The notes: generated by a model not told the origin, from the sequence alone. Numbered from the stretch's first letter, positions 1 to 9,806 are shown. The stretch is 64,000 bases of DNA from an uncultured Candidatus Saccharibacteria bacterium (GCA_963517665.1 CAUQFZ010000001.1:37182-101181), one strand, 5' to 3'. Numbers and translations are program-made.

Positions 1-554
1 CCGTGCTTGCCAACGTTATCTTTGGGTCTGGCAAGGTCGATGTCTTGGTGAGCCACGTTCATGTCGCCGCAATACAGTACTGGCTTGGCGGCGCCGTAAC
101 TCCCCTGTTCCAGGCCTTTGAGATATTCCAGACAAGCTGGGTCCCACTGATCATGACGTAAACTGAGGCGGCTGAGGTCGCCTTTGGAATTTGGTGTGTA
201 GCACGTAACCAGCCAGAATTGGTCAAATTCAGCGGCGATGATACGCCCCTCATCATTGGGGTTGCCATACTCGTCGGCGGATAGGTTGTATTCGTCGGCG
301 ATGTCCGCCGGGAAGCCGTCAAGATAGTTCAGCGCTGGTTGCTTTGAAAATATGGCGGTGCCAGAATAGCCCTTTTTGGCTGCCGAATAGAAATGCTCAT
401 AAAATTGTGGCAGATCTAACTCGACTTGCCCGCGTTGGGCTTTGGTTTCTTGCAAACAAATAATATCCGGGCCGTAGGTTTCGATAAATGTGGCAAACTC
501 GCCTTTGTTCAGGACTGCGCGGATGCCGTTGACGTTCCAGGAAAATAGCTTCAT
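1..554 (-). CDS. xth: Exodeoxyribonuclease III / AP endonuclease (3' end outside window)
   Basis: Manual translation, absent from the ORF track: MKLFSWNVNGIRA...DIICLQETK...KGYSGTAI...EGR...YTPNS...GDMNVAH, the ExoIII motifs. Confidence 0.93.
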   Translation of the reverse strand, partial: MKLFSWNVNGIRAVLNKGEFATFIETYGPDIICLQETKAQRGQVELDLPQFYEHFYSAAKKGYSGTAIFSKQPALNYLDGFPADIADEYNLSADEYGNPNDEGRIIAAEFDQFWLVTCYTPNSKGDLSRLSLRHDQWDPACLEYLKGLEQGSYGAAKPVLYCGDMNVAHQDIDLARPKDNVGKH

Positions 555-644
555 GTGGCTATTGTAGCGGGTTTTGTGAGCCGCGTATAGGCTTGGTATG
601 GCGGGGTTTGTGCAAGAAGCGGCATAAATTGTTACAATGAAAGT

Positions 645-1352
645 ATGTATAACAGGATTCTTCTCAAGCTTTCGGGCGAACAACTACAAGGACAATATGC
701 TGGTGGATTTGATCACGCCAGAGCGCGGTGGATTGCCGAACAAATTAAGCCGGTGGTGGCGAGCGGAACGCAAGTCGTCATCATGGTTGGCGGTGGTAAT
801 TATGTGCGCGGGGCGCAAATTGCTGGCGGTGGTATCGGTGACGTGACGGCACACAACGCAGGTATGCTGGCAACGTTGATCAATGCCATCACCCTGGCTG
901 ATGTGTTCAATGATGATGGCCTGGCGACGCGCGCCTTGTCGACAGTGGAAGTGAACCAATTTGTCGATCAATACACCTACCGACGAGCAGTTAGCCACCT
1001 GGAAAAAGGTCGCGTAGTGGTAGTTGGTTGCGGCACCGGACGACCGTTTTTGACCACCGACACAGCAGCTGTCAATTTGGCGCTGGAGATGCAGTGCGAC
1101 GTGGTAATCAAAGCCACCAAAGTGGACGGCGTGTACGACAAGGACCCAGTCCAGTTTGCTGATGCTGTCAAATTTGACCAATTGACCTATGACGAGGTTT
1201 TGGTAAACCCGGACATTGGCGTGATGGATAAAGCGGCTATTGGGTTGGCTGCTGAAGAGAAAAAGCCAATGATTATTTGCGACCTGCTGAGTGACGGCAA
1301 TATCGTGCGTGCGGCCAGGGGCGAAGCGGTTGGTACGCAACTTGTGGTATAA
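645..1352 (+). CDS. pyrH: UMP kinase
   Basis: RILLKLSGE, GGGN, GMLAT, GTGRPFLTTDTAA, VDGVYDKDP, VMD motifs. Confidence 0.95.
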   Translation: MYNRILLKLSGEQLQGQYAGGFDHARARWIAEQIKPVVASGTQVVIMVGGGNYVRGAQIAGGGIGDVTAHNAGMLATLINAITLADVFNDDGLATRALSTVEVNQFVDQYTYRRAVSHLEKGRVVVVGCGTGRPFLTTDTAAVNLALEMQCDVVIKATKVDGVYDKDPVQFADAVKFDQLTYDEVLVNPDIGVMDKAAIGLAAEEKKPMIICDLLSDGNIVRAARGEAVGTQLVV

Positions 1353-1360
1353 TAGGTAGT

Positions 1361-2389
1361 ATGACACGCAAGACTCGACTGAACGTCGATATGATTTCCG
1401 AGAGTGAGTTTACTGTCCAAGGCCATGGTGTTCACACTGCTTTTGTAGAGATGACAAATGCGCTTAAGGCGAGAAAAGACACGTCCGTCGTGGTCAATCA
1501 AGCCCGCTCTGATGCAGATATTGTCCATGCTCAGACCATTGGTTTGTATTCAATGTGGATGCTCAAACGTTCGCGTGGTAAAAAGATTATCTCTGGCCAC
1601 GTCATCCCTGCTTCCTTGGTTGGCAGCATCAAAGGCATGGGTAGAATGCAGTGGCTGGTGCGAGCGTATATGCGCTGGGTATATAACCAGGCTGATTTGG
1701 TATTGGCCTGCTCTAACATGGTCAAAGAAACCATGACTGGTCCGATGAAGCTGAAAACGCGCGTGGAGGTGCTGTACAATACGGTCGACATGAGCCGCTA
1801 TGCATCCACTGCAAAAACCAAACAAGCTGCTCGCAAAAAACTGAAACTGAAGCCGTCAGACTTTGTGGTGGTTGGTAATGGACAGGTTCAGCCGCGCAAG
1901 CGTCTGGACACGTTTTTTGAAACGGCACGAGCCCTGCCCGAGGTAACGTTCATTTGGGTGGGCGGCATTCCTTTCAAACATTTGGGCGCAGAATATGGCA
2001 AAATGCAAGACCTGATAGCATCAGCTCCTGACAATGTGATCATTACGGGCGTGATTGATCATACAGACGTCATGACCTATTTACATGCGGCCGACGCGTT
2101 CTTTTTGCCTGCTGAACAAGAGAATCACCCAATGTGCGTGTTAGAAGCCGCGGGTGCTGGACTGCCAATCATCCTGAGAGATATTCATGAATACGACGAC
2201 ACATTTCGCCCAGATGCTCAGTTTATCTCCTCAGCTCAAGATGCTGTTAAGGTGATAGATAAGCTGAGGAATGATGCTACATGGTATAAACAACAAGTTG
2301 CTGCAGCTGGTCGGATTGCCAAACGGTTTGACAGTCGAGCTGGTGGCGAGCGATTAGTGGAATTTTACAGGAGCGTAATAGAATCATGA
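1361..2389 (+). CDS. GT4 glycosyltransferase, CpoA/DGS-like diglycosyl-diacylglycerol synthase
   Basis: N-terminus VDMISESEFTVQGHGVHTAF resembles streptococcal CpoA; GQVQPRK, EAAGAG GT4 motifs; ATGA-coupled to an MGS-like gene. Confidence 0.75.
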   Translation: MTRKTRLNVDMISESEFTVQGHGVHTAFVEMTNALKARKDTSVVVNQARSDADIVHAQTIGLYSMWMLKRSRGKKIISGHVIPASLVGSIKGMGRMQWLVRAYMRWVYNQADLVLACSNMVKETMTGPMKLKTRVEVLYNTVDMSRYASTAKTKQAARKKLKLKPSDFVVVGNGQVQPRKRLDTFFETARALPEVTFIWVGGIPFKHLGAEYGKMQDLIASAPDNVIITGVIDHTDVMTYLHAADAFFLPAEQENHPMCVLEAAGAGLPIILRDIHEYDDTFRPDAQFISSAQDAVKVIDKLRNDATWYKQQVAAAGRIAKRFDSRAGGERLVEFYRSVIES

Positions 2390-3711
2390 GAATTGGACTG
2401 TTTACTGATACCTATCGACCATCAATCAATGGCATCGTTTTTGTGGTTGAATCGCTCAAGCGAGAGCTGGAAAACCTAGGACATGAGGTCTACGTATTTT
2501 GCCCTGCCAAGTCGATGAGTCCGTCCAAGCAAGCCGAATTGCTCAACGAAGACTCTGACTCACGGATCATTCGCTTCCCGTCGATCAAGGGTGCGTTTTT
2601 TGATGATTATGACACATCGGTATTCTTTCCGCCGACAGTACAGCGTCGCATCAAAGAGCTGGAGCTAGACATCGTACATGTCTTTACGCCATCGCAAATT
2701 GGGTTAGTTGGCGTGAAGGCTGCCAAAAAGAATAATATTCCGTTGGTGATTCAGCACTGTACCGACATCTATGAGTTCGTTGATCACTACCCGGCGGTGC
2801 TGCCTGGTGCTTTGGCGCTGGCAGGAATCGTCTTCCCGATGTCGGTGAGATTGCGCGGCCATGACCTACTAGAAATTGCCAAATTGTACAAGCCGCGAGC
2901 GGGCGTCACTAAGTGGAACAAAGACATCATTGAAAGCGTTATCACTATTTTGTACAGTAAAGCAGACGCGGTCATCGCCTTATGTCGAAAGAGCTGTAAG
3001 CAACTAAAGTCCTGGCAGTATGATGATTATCAATACGAATTGGTGCTAATGCCAAATGGCGTAAATGCGCTGCCTCGTCCAACAAAAACTGAGGTGAAAG
3101 CATTTCGTGAGCAGTGGAACTTGGCGGAAGATGACGAAATCTTTGGGTTTGTTGGTCGGTTGGGTGAAGAAAAGAATTTACCGCTCCTCATCAAATCGTT
3201 TGAACGGCACATCGCCAAGAAACGGCCGAAAGCAAAATTATTGTTTGTTGGTGATTTTGAATACCGAAAGACCTTGGAGGAAATGGCTGCCGCAACCAAA
3301 TATGCTGACAGAATTATTTTCACCGGCGCCATGCCGCGCGAAAAGCTTGGTTTGGCATATTCGGTGCTGGACGTATTTGCCTTTCCGTCGTTGAAAGACA
3401 CGCAAGGCTGGGTGCTGCATGAAGCGGCTCATGCAGGACTGCCGATCGTGCTGGTGGACAAAGAGCTGTCAGAAGTGGTTCAAGACGGCGTGAATGGTTT
3501 CATCGCGAATGATAATCCGACCAGCTTTGGGCGAGCGATCATTGCCCTGCTGGAGGATGCCAACAAGCGTCAAGAGTTTGGTGCTATTAGTAAAAAATTG
3601 GCAGCCAAATTTACTGAAAGCCGCCAAGTGAAGAAGCTGGAAAAATTATACCAAGAGCTTATCGACCAGAAAGCTGCCGACGAGTCTCACGATCCTGATC
3701 TCGACGCTTGA
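2386..3711 (+). CDS. GT4 glycosyltransferase, MGS-like monoglucosyl-diacylglycerol synthase
   Basis: MRIGLFTDTYxP..G, GRLGEEKN, FPSLKDTQGWVLHEA motifs. Confidence 0.8.
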   Translation: MRIGLFTDTYRPSINGIVFVVESLKRELENLGHEVYVFCPAKSMSPSKQAELLNEDSDSRIIRFPSIKGAFFDDYDTSVFFPPTVQRRIKELELDIVHVFTPSQIGLVGVKAAKKNNIPLVIQHCTDIYEFVDHYPAVLPGALALAGIVFPMSVRLRGHDLLEIAKLYKPRAGVTKWNKDIIESVITILYSKADAVIALCRKSCKQLKSWQYDDYQYELVLMPNGVNALPRPTKTEVKAFREQWNLAEDDEIFGFVGRLGEEKNLPLLIKSFERHIAKKRPKAKLLFVGDFEYRKTLEEMAAATKYADRIIFTGAMPREKLGLAYSVLDVFAFPSLKDTQGWVLHEAAHAGLPIVLVDKELSEVVQDGVNGFIANDNPTSFGRAIIALLEDANKRQEFGAISKKLAAKFTESRQVKKLEKLYQELIDQKAADESHDPDLDA

Positions 3712-4135
3712 TGGTCTCGCGTTTGTCGTAGCGTTTTTTACCCCGTCCGAGTGCGATGACAATTTTGATGAAGCGACCATTGGTCAATAATTTCGTCGGT
3801 ACAATTGTCAGTCCCTGTTGTTTGGCAGCAGCGAATCGGTCAATTTGTTTACGACTGGCCAGTAGTTTTCGCGCTGAGGTGTCGACACTCTTTGAATTCG
3901 CCTGACCACGAACGTTCAGCCGCAACGAAAAACTTGCGTTATTGAGCCACAATTCATCATTTCTCAGACTGACAAAGGCGCCTTTGAGTTGGACATGGCC
4001 GTCTCGTGCAGCTCGTACCTCTACTCCTGTCAGCACCAGCCCAGCTACGATTTCCTCGCCCAACTCATAGTCAAACCGTGCTCGACGGTTAACGATGGCG
4101 TGAGTAGCTGGTTTTTTTGCTTTGGGCTTTGGCAT
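3659..4135 (-). CDS. smpB: SsrA-binding protein
   Basis: NRRARFDY, AGLVLTGVEV, RKLL, GKKRYDKRETIKRRD. Confidence 0.96.
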   Translation of the reverse strand: MPKPKAKKPATHAIVNRRARFDYELGEEIVAGLVLTGVEVRAARDGHVQLKGAFVSLRNDELWLNNASFSLRLNVRGQANSKSVDTSARKLLASRKQIDRFAAAKQQGLTIVPTKLLTNGRFIKIVIALGRGKKRYDKRETIKRRDQDRETRRQLSGR

Positions 4136-4153
4136 GGTCCCATTATAGCAGGT

Positions 4154-4798
4154 TTAGCGTTCAGGTGGTGTATGGGCACCAGTGACAGGGTCGAATTCAC
4201 CTGGAGTGAGGCTTAGTACGAGAGTGGCTGTCATAATTGCATCCCTGATTGGTCGATAGCTTGGATGTCGTTTTCTTGCTTGGAAGTTGGGGTCATATTG
4301 CATATTAAGGACGACACCAAGCAACCTTACGAAGTTTGGGTGATGGACTACTGCTTTAGAGAGGTTTTCGTGGGACTCGCCCAGTACGCTGGTTAGCTTG
4401 ATGGCTAACTTTTTCTTTTGGTCAGGGCTAAGCTCTTCGTAGCAATCCTCCAATTGACCATTAATGATGTCTAGGAATCCTCCTAGGTCACCGTCATATT
4501 CTGGCAAAGCTTCAAAGTTTGTTGTGATATCTTCCACCATTTCTGCAATGACTTCCCCTTCGGTATCTTGCTCCCCAGTAACGATATCTTCTTCAGCGGC
4601 AGCCTCTGGAGCGGTGGTTTTTGGGAGACGACTGGAGATGTCATAAACCCGGGCTAGCGGTTCTGACTGTGACCCCTCAGCATCTGCACCGAGTCGTCTA
4701 AACACAATACGACCAGCTTCTCGCATTCTCCTCCTGTTGAGATATGGAGCGAGAGGAATAATTTTAGCTTCTTTGCTAGCATGAGAATCTTTTTCCAT
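4154..4798 (-). CDS. Hypothetical acidic protein
   Basis: 214-aa ORF from MEKDSH; TTGAAA-N17-TATAAT 7 nt before the ATG. Confidence 0.7.
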   Translation of the reverse strand: MEKDSHASKEAKIIPLAPYLNRRRMREAGRIVFRRLGADAEGSQSEPLARVYDISSRLPKTTAPEAAAEEDIVTGEQDTEGEVIAEMVEDITTNFEALPEYDGDLGGFLDIINGQLEDCYEELSPDQKKKLAIKLTSVLGESHENLSKAVVHHPNFVRLLGVVLNMQYDPNFQARKRHPSYRPIRDAIMTATLVLSLTPGEFDPVTGAHTPPER

Positions 4799-4869
4799 AA
4801 CTCGTATTATACCACAAAAAATCATATATTTCAATACCCTTACGGTATGGCGTGTGGTACAATAGCCCA

Positions 4870-6654
4870 ATGATAGCCGACATTCACATCACCGAGAAGA
4901 GTTTTAGCGACAAGACGTTGATGCGCAACGTCAAGTTTAGTGTGGATGACGGCGAAAAGGTCGGCGTGGTCGGCCGCAATGGCGTCGGCAAATCGACGCT
5001 GTTTGGCATATTGGCGGGCATGGACAGTGATTATACTGGCGAGGTGATTTTTCGCCGCGGCATCACGGTGGCTAGTACGGCGCAGGAGCATCATGGTTTG
5101 GGTGATCAGACGGTATTGAGCTACATTTTGTCGGGGCTGCCGGAATATTCGGCCTTAAAGAAGATTATTGATGAATATCCTGAAACCATGGGCGATAATA
5201 TGCGTAAGATTGAGGAGTATACGCAGGCGCTGGAGCGATTTGACCAGAAAGGGTTTTACCAGATCGAGGAGAAGATTGAGCGGGAGCTTGATAATTTCCA
5301 GCTGAGTGGGTGTGGCGAGCGGCCGCTTGGTTCCCTGTCGGGTGGCCAGAAGCGGCTGGTGGAAATCGTGAAGATTATGCACTCGGAAGCGCATTTGGCG
5401 CTGATTGATGAGCCGACCAACCACATGGATTATGTAGCCAAGCAGCAGTTCATCGACTGGATGAGCTCGCAGCCGCGCCAGGCCATGCTGATCATCACGC
5501 ACGACCGCGATGTGCTGGGCCGGGTGGATCGAATTATTGAACTTAAAGATGGCCGAGCGGTCAGCTACCGCGGTAATTATGATGCTTACCTCAAGCAAAA
5601 TGCTCAGGCGACGGCGGCGGGTATGAATAATTTTGAGCAAATTGAGAAGCGGATGACTAATCTTCGACAAAAGGTGTTGGATTATCAGCGGCTAAAGGAA
5701 AAGTCGCGAAACCCCGGCACTATCCAAAAGTTCAAGCGGCTGGAACATGAGGCGCGGGCCGAGCTGGCGGAATTATCAGAGATGGACAAGCCGACGTTTT
5801 GGATTGACAAGGAGTCAGCTGGGCAGCTTGATTATAAGTCGGCTGAGCGCTACGGCAAGTTCAAGGCGCGCAATATTCGGCTATCGATGAAGGATGCGGC
5901 TAGCCGTAGCCAGCATGTGCTGGTGCGAGTTGAGGATGCGGCAGTTGGGGTTGGCGAGCGGATACTGTTTGAGGGGGTGGATATTGATTTGCGTGAGGGT
6001 GAGGCGATGGAGCTGCGTGGTCGTAATGGCGCTGGTAAGACGACGCTGATTCGGATGTTGTTAAATAGTAGGGCGGCAGTCACTCCACCGTCCTCCGCCA
6101 GAGCACACTCTTCGCTCAAATCTCCATCGGAGATTTTTCGCGAGCGTTCGGCTGAAACGTCCGCTACTCGCGAACGTTCCACAGCCTCTGGCGTAGAAGG
6201 TGTCGCACCTGCCGCTCCTATCCTCTACTCCGGCAACCTCTTCCTCGATCCGCAGGTGCGGGTGGGCGTGTATAAGCAAGAGATTGATGAGCGGTATTTG
6301 GTGGATCCGCTGGAGGTGGCGATTGAGAAATTATACCTTAGCCGCGACTTACCGATTTCTGATACCAAAATCCGCCAATTACTAGCCGATTATCTGTTTA
6401 CCGAAGCGGACCGGATGACACCACTGGCGCGCCTGTCGGGTGGCCAGAAAGCCCGCTTTCAGATCATTGCTATGCTGGCGAATGACCCGCAGCTATTAAT
6501 TTTGGACGAGCCGACCAATCACCTTGATTTACCAAGCATTGAGGAGTTAGAGACGGCGCTGGCGAAATATTCCGGCGCCATCCTCTACGTCAGTCACGAC
6601 AATTATTTCCGCCAAGCAATTGGCGGTGAGGTTGTGCAAATTGGTGCAGAATAA
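4870..6654 (+). CDS. ABC-F family ATPase with an in-frame palindromic insert
   Basis: Two ABC domains (GRNGVGKS/LSGGQ/DEPTNH and GRNGAGKT/LSGGQ/DEPTNH), no TM segments; start set at the ATG after TACAAT. Confidence 0.92.
   Translation: MIADIHITEKSFSDKTLMRNVKFSVDDGEKVGVVGRNGVGKSTLFGILAGMDSDYTGEVIFRRGITVASTAQEHHGLGDQTVLSYILSGLPEYSALKKIIDEYPETMGDNMRKIEEYTQALERFDQKGFYQIEEKIERELDNFQLSGCGERPLGSLSGGQKRLVEIVKIMHSEAHLALIDEPTNHMDYVAKQQFIDWMSSQPRQAMLIITHDRDVLGRVDRIIELKDGRAVSYRGNYDAYLKQNAQATAAGMNNFEQIEKRMTNLRQKVLDYQRLKEKSRNPGTIQKFKRLEHEARAELAELSEMDKPTFWIDKESAGQLDYKSAERYGKFKARNIRLSMKDAASRSQHVLVRVEDAAVGVGERILFEGVDIDLREGEAMELRGRNGAGKTTLIRMLLNSRAAVTPPSSARAHSSLKSPSEIFRERSAETSATRERSTASGVEGVAPAAPILYSGNLFLDPQVRVGVYKQEIDERYLVDPLEVAIEKLYLSRDLPISDTKIRQLLADYLFTEADRMTPLARLSGGQKARFQIIAMLANDPQLLILDEPTNHLDLPSIEELETALAKYSGAILYVSHDNYFRQAIGGEVVQIGAE
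6069..6220. mobile_element. Putative MITE-like palindromic element inserted in frame in the ABC-F gene
   Basis: Terminal IR TAGGGCGGCAG / CTGCCGCTCCTA; inner stems CGCCAGAG/CTCTGGCG, AAATCTCC-atc-GGAGATTT, TTCGCGAG/CTCGCGAA; TA at both ends, 150 nt net. Confidence 0.6.
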
Positions 6655-6684
6655 AAATCCCGCCACTGTTAGGCGGGATAATTC
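6655..6684. terminator. Bidirectional intrinsic terminator
   Basis: aaaATCCCGCC-actgtta-GGCGGGATaatt between convergent genes. Confidence 0.75.
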
Positions 6685-6696
6685 GTATTCAGATTT

Positions 6697-6981
6697 TTAA
6701 TCAGCCAACAAGCCGTTCTTGCGCAGCAAGTCTTGCAGCTTTGGTCGGTCAAAGCCAAGCACTAGTTCCCCGTTAATGTCGGTGACTGGCACGCCTTGGA
6801 AATTGCCGCCATTTTTTGCCAACAATTCTTCTTTAGCCGCAGGTTCCGCTTCAATGTCTTTTTTGATGAAGTCAATTCCCAGTTTTTCCAACCATTCCAT
6901 TTCAGTGTGGCAAAATGCGCACCAACTAGTGCTGTAGACGGTTACTTTGGCGCTGTGGTTGGTTGCTGTATCTTCGCTCAT
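6697..6981 (-). CDS. Glutaredoxin / NrdH-like redoxin
   Basis: YSTSWCAFC, GVPV, LGFD thioredoxin-fold motifs. Confidence 0.88.
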   Translation of the reverse strand: MSEDTATNHSAKVTVYSTSWCAFCHTEMEWLEKLGIDFIKKDIEAEPAAKEELLAKNGGNFQGVPVTDINGELVLGFDRPKLQDLLRKNGLLAD

Positions 6982-7063
6982 ATATTCCCCTCAACTTTCT
7001 TTACGTAAGTCCATTATAGCATATTGTACATGCTTATCGACAAGTGTATAATGATGAGTAATC

Positions 7064-9283
7064 ATGGGTGCGGACAACAAAAAAACAGGATTTACCCTAC
7101 CAACAGTTCTCATCACCTCAGTAATTATGCTGACCTTACTTTTGGTGGCTATGCAGTTGGCTGCCTCATATGCAGCGGCGTTACGGGACCGGTACTATAA
7201 CCAATTGGCGCGCGAAGCCGCTGAAAGTGGTCTGGCATATGCTGTGTCTTGTCTGCGCAGCAACGGTATGATTTCGCCATGGGGATCAAAAAATCTAGCT
7301 CCAGAGACAAACTGTGCGGGTGACCCAGAGCCTGGTCAGGCAAATACTGTGATGCATGAGAGCAATATTCGAACGCGGTTTACTGTCCCTCCTCTTGGCT
7401 CAACCGGTGGTGAGGTCCAGCAGGCCTATGCTACGGGTTATGTTGAATTATTGCGACCAAGCGGTGGCGTTTGGAAAACCTATACTCGAGTGTTGTCATT
7501 GGCCACTGGAGCCCAGACGCGTGTCGACACCTTGGCGTTTGGATATGAGGGTGATATGCACGGCATACAGCACAAAGTATTCTTTGCGACAATTGACTCT
7601 GCTGGACGTGTCCGGTCAGTTGGGGCGAACGACCGTGGTCAGTTGGGCGCTGGATTGGTTTCGACAGCTCAGCCAACGCCAGTGAGATTTACTATATCCC
7701 AGCGCGCAGTTTCAGTGCACACCAACTTTGTCTCTGTCGGTGGAAACTTGATGATTCGAGATGAGAATGGTGCGGTGTATGGTGCGGGCAAAAATGATCG
7801 CGGTCAATTGGGCGCTGGCTATATGAGTCCGACCGTCTCAACACCAGTGAGGTTTGGCTTGCCGGTTGGAGTTAAAGCAGTTACTGTCAACTCAGGTTGG
7901 GCAAACTTTGTACTGGGGAATGATAAAAATATCTATGCTGCTGGTGAATGTACGTACGGCCTATTGGGTACTGGTGATTATACTGTCACTCCAGCGTATG
8001 CGACCGCCTGTAGTAACAGGTCTACTCCAAAGCGTGTCGCTTTACCTTCTCCAAATCCAGCTAATCCTGCAACAATTCCGACAGCTCACTTGGTACAGGA
8101 CCGATATAATGCTTATGTCATCATGCAGAATGGTGCCGTGTACGGTTGGGGTGCAAATGATTATTATCAGTTGGGTCGCGCCAATATATCAAGTTCATCA
8201 ACGCCAGTAAGAATTGGTGACTTTGGTAATCCCGGTAAACCACGCGCTATGCAGCTGGCCTTTGACGGAGGTACCCTATATATCTTGGCGAATGATGGTA
8301 AGGTTTATGGCGTGGGTGGCTCAAACCACTTGGAGGTTGGTAAGGACAATCTAGTGTTCCGCTGGCGGTTCTTGGAGGGCCGTTGCATGGAGGCAGTCGG
8401 TCCTACTACGGTAGCTCCTCGTAGTTGCAACGATAGTTCTCAGCAGCAATTTGAATATACACCGCAGGAGCAGATCAAAATAAACGGTAAATGTGTGGAA
8501 AATACTGCCGGTGACTTGGTGAACATTCGTTTGGCAAATTGTAATCCTTCAGCCGCCATTCAGCGCTGGCGCATGGTCTCCTATGGTTCGGATCGTATTT
8601 TCCGCCGAGGTGCCAGTAACCACTGCCTAGCGGCTAATGCTTCGGGTACAGGAATGGCGATAGCTGCTGCCTGTCCCCCGAGTAATAAGCATATATTCTT
8701 CAGGCTTCAGACGCCAAAGATTCGAGATTTGGGTGTTCCAGGATTTGTGCAGCAGATTTCCACCGACGAGTTGTTCGCATCGTATCGTACGTCTGACGGG
8801 CGCGTCTACAGTACTGGTAGTAACTACCATGGTGTGTTTGGTAACAGCGCCAACCACGCAAATGGGGCTACTAATTGGCGAAACCCAACCCCAGTACAAT
8901 TCATGCTACCAGCCGGCGTAAAAGCGGTTGACATCTGGTCAACAGCCTATGCAGGGCGTGTCAGTAACTTGTTTGTAGTGGGTGATGACGGTAAGGTGTA
9001 TGGTGCTGGCTCAAATGAAAATGGTCAGCTGGGTACTGGTGATAAAGTCAGTCGCAATACACCGACACCAATGCAGTTGTTTGGCAGTAGCCCAACTGCC
9101 CCTCGTGCTAAGCACGTGGAAAGTGGCGGCGGTACGACCGTGATCTTTACGACTGATAATCGCGTCTATACTGTCGGTAACAATAACCGAGGACAGCTCG
9201 GTGATGGTACGACGACTGATTCGACGGTGCCAATTTTGGGTCGTTACACGAATGTGCCAATCCAAGAACATCTCGTCTTCTAG
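7064..9283 (+). CDS. Pilin-like (PilX-type) N-terminus + RCC1 repeats + ricin-B lectin-like domain; putative adhesin
   Basis: KKTG|FTLP plus hydrophobic helix; repeated GxNxxGQLG; Cys/QxW(F) repeats (GRCM..QQQF, GKCV..IQRW, NHCL). Confidence 0.8.
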   Translation: MGADNKKTGFTLPTVLITSVIMLTLLLVAMQLAASYAAALRDRYYNQLAREAAESGLAYAVSCLRSNGMISPWGSKNLAPETNCAGDPEPGQANTVMHESNIRTRFTVPPLGSTGGEVQQAYATGYVELLRPSGGVWKTYTRVLSLATGAQTRVDTLAFGYEGDMHGIQHKVFFATIDSAGRVRSVGANDRGQLGAGLVSTAQPTPVRFTISQRAVSVHTNFVSVGGNLMIRDENGAVYGAGKNDRGQLGAGYMSPTVSTPVRFGLPVGVKAVTVNSGWANFVLGNDKNIYAAGECTYGLLGTGDYTVTPAYATACSNRSTPKRVALPSPNPANPATIPTAHLVQDRYNAYVIMQNGAVYGWGANDYYQLGRANISSSSTPVRIGDFGNPGKPRAMQLAFDGGTLYILANDGKVYGVGGSNHLEVGKDNLVFRWRFLEGRCMEAVGPTTVAPRSCNDSSQQQFEYTPQEQIKINGKCVENTAGDLVNIRLANCNPSAAIQRWRMVSYGSDRIFRRGASNHCLAANASGTGMAIAAACPPSNKHIFFRLQTPKIRDLGVPGFVQQISTDELFASYRTSDGRVYSTGSNYHGVFGNSANHANGATNWRNPTPVQFMLPAGVKAVDIWSTAYAGRVSNLFVVGDDGKVYGAGSNENGQLGTGDKVSRNTPTPMQLFGSSPTAPRAKHVESGGGTTVIFTTDNRVYTVGNNNRGQLGDGTTTDSTVPILGRYTNVPIQEHLVF

Positions 9284-9288
9284 TAGCT

Positions 9289-9507
9289 CTAGCGTGACGT
9301 GAGGTGCCAGCCGCCGCACCAATTGCATTTGTAAGTTGACAAGGTCAGCTGTGGGTCAGTGAGCTGACGGTTAGCTACTTCCCTTTCGGCTTGTTGTTGG
9401 GTTGAAAAGCGGCGTTTTTGATGGCAATTGTTGAGCTCATGTACAGTAGTCAGTGGCTGTCGATGTTTCTGGAGCGGTTGAGATTTTGGATAATTTCTCC
9501 TGGGCAT
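9289..9507 (-). CDS. Small hypothetical protein, probable zinc binder
   Basis: 72 aa; C..KRRF and C-terminal YKCNWCGGWHLTS; TATACT 9 nt before the ATG. Confidence 0.7.
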   Translation of the reverse strand: MPRRNYPKSQPLQKHRQPLTTVHELNNCHQKRRFSTQQQAEREVANRQLTDPQLTLSTYKCNWCGGWHLTSR

Positions 9508-9545
9508 ATTGTCAAATAGTATAGCAGATTGATATAGTATAGGTA

Positions 9546-9806
9546 ATGGCTGGAAAACCTAAGGTTCGGAGCGACCAAAAAACAGATGTGGACGCCACTG
9601 CGATTATGATGAAAACCATCATCGGGACGACTTGGCGCATGTTTGTGCCGAGCATCGGCTTGATGCTCGTGGGGCTGTGGGCAGACCTGATGCTGCACAC
9701 AAAACCGTGGCTGATGTTTGTAGGGATTATCGTGGGTCTGGCGACGTCAGCAGGGTTGATTTATCAACAAATACGATTCATAAAACAGAGAGAGGCTAAT
9801 CAATGA
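9546..9806 (+). CDS. AtpZ/AtpI-family ATP synthase accessory membrane protein
   Basis: Two TM helices with GLWAD..LHTKPW; first gene of the atp operon. Confidence 0.8.
   Translation: MAGKPKVRSDQKTDVDATAIMMKTIIGTTWRMFVPSIGLMLVGLWADLMLHTKPWLMFVGIIVGLATSAGLIYQQIRFIKQREANQ

Noticed and set aside
684..1367. 227-aa minus-strand ORF and similar long antisense ORFs (e.g. 24703-25413)
   Set aside because: Shadows of well-supported genes
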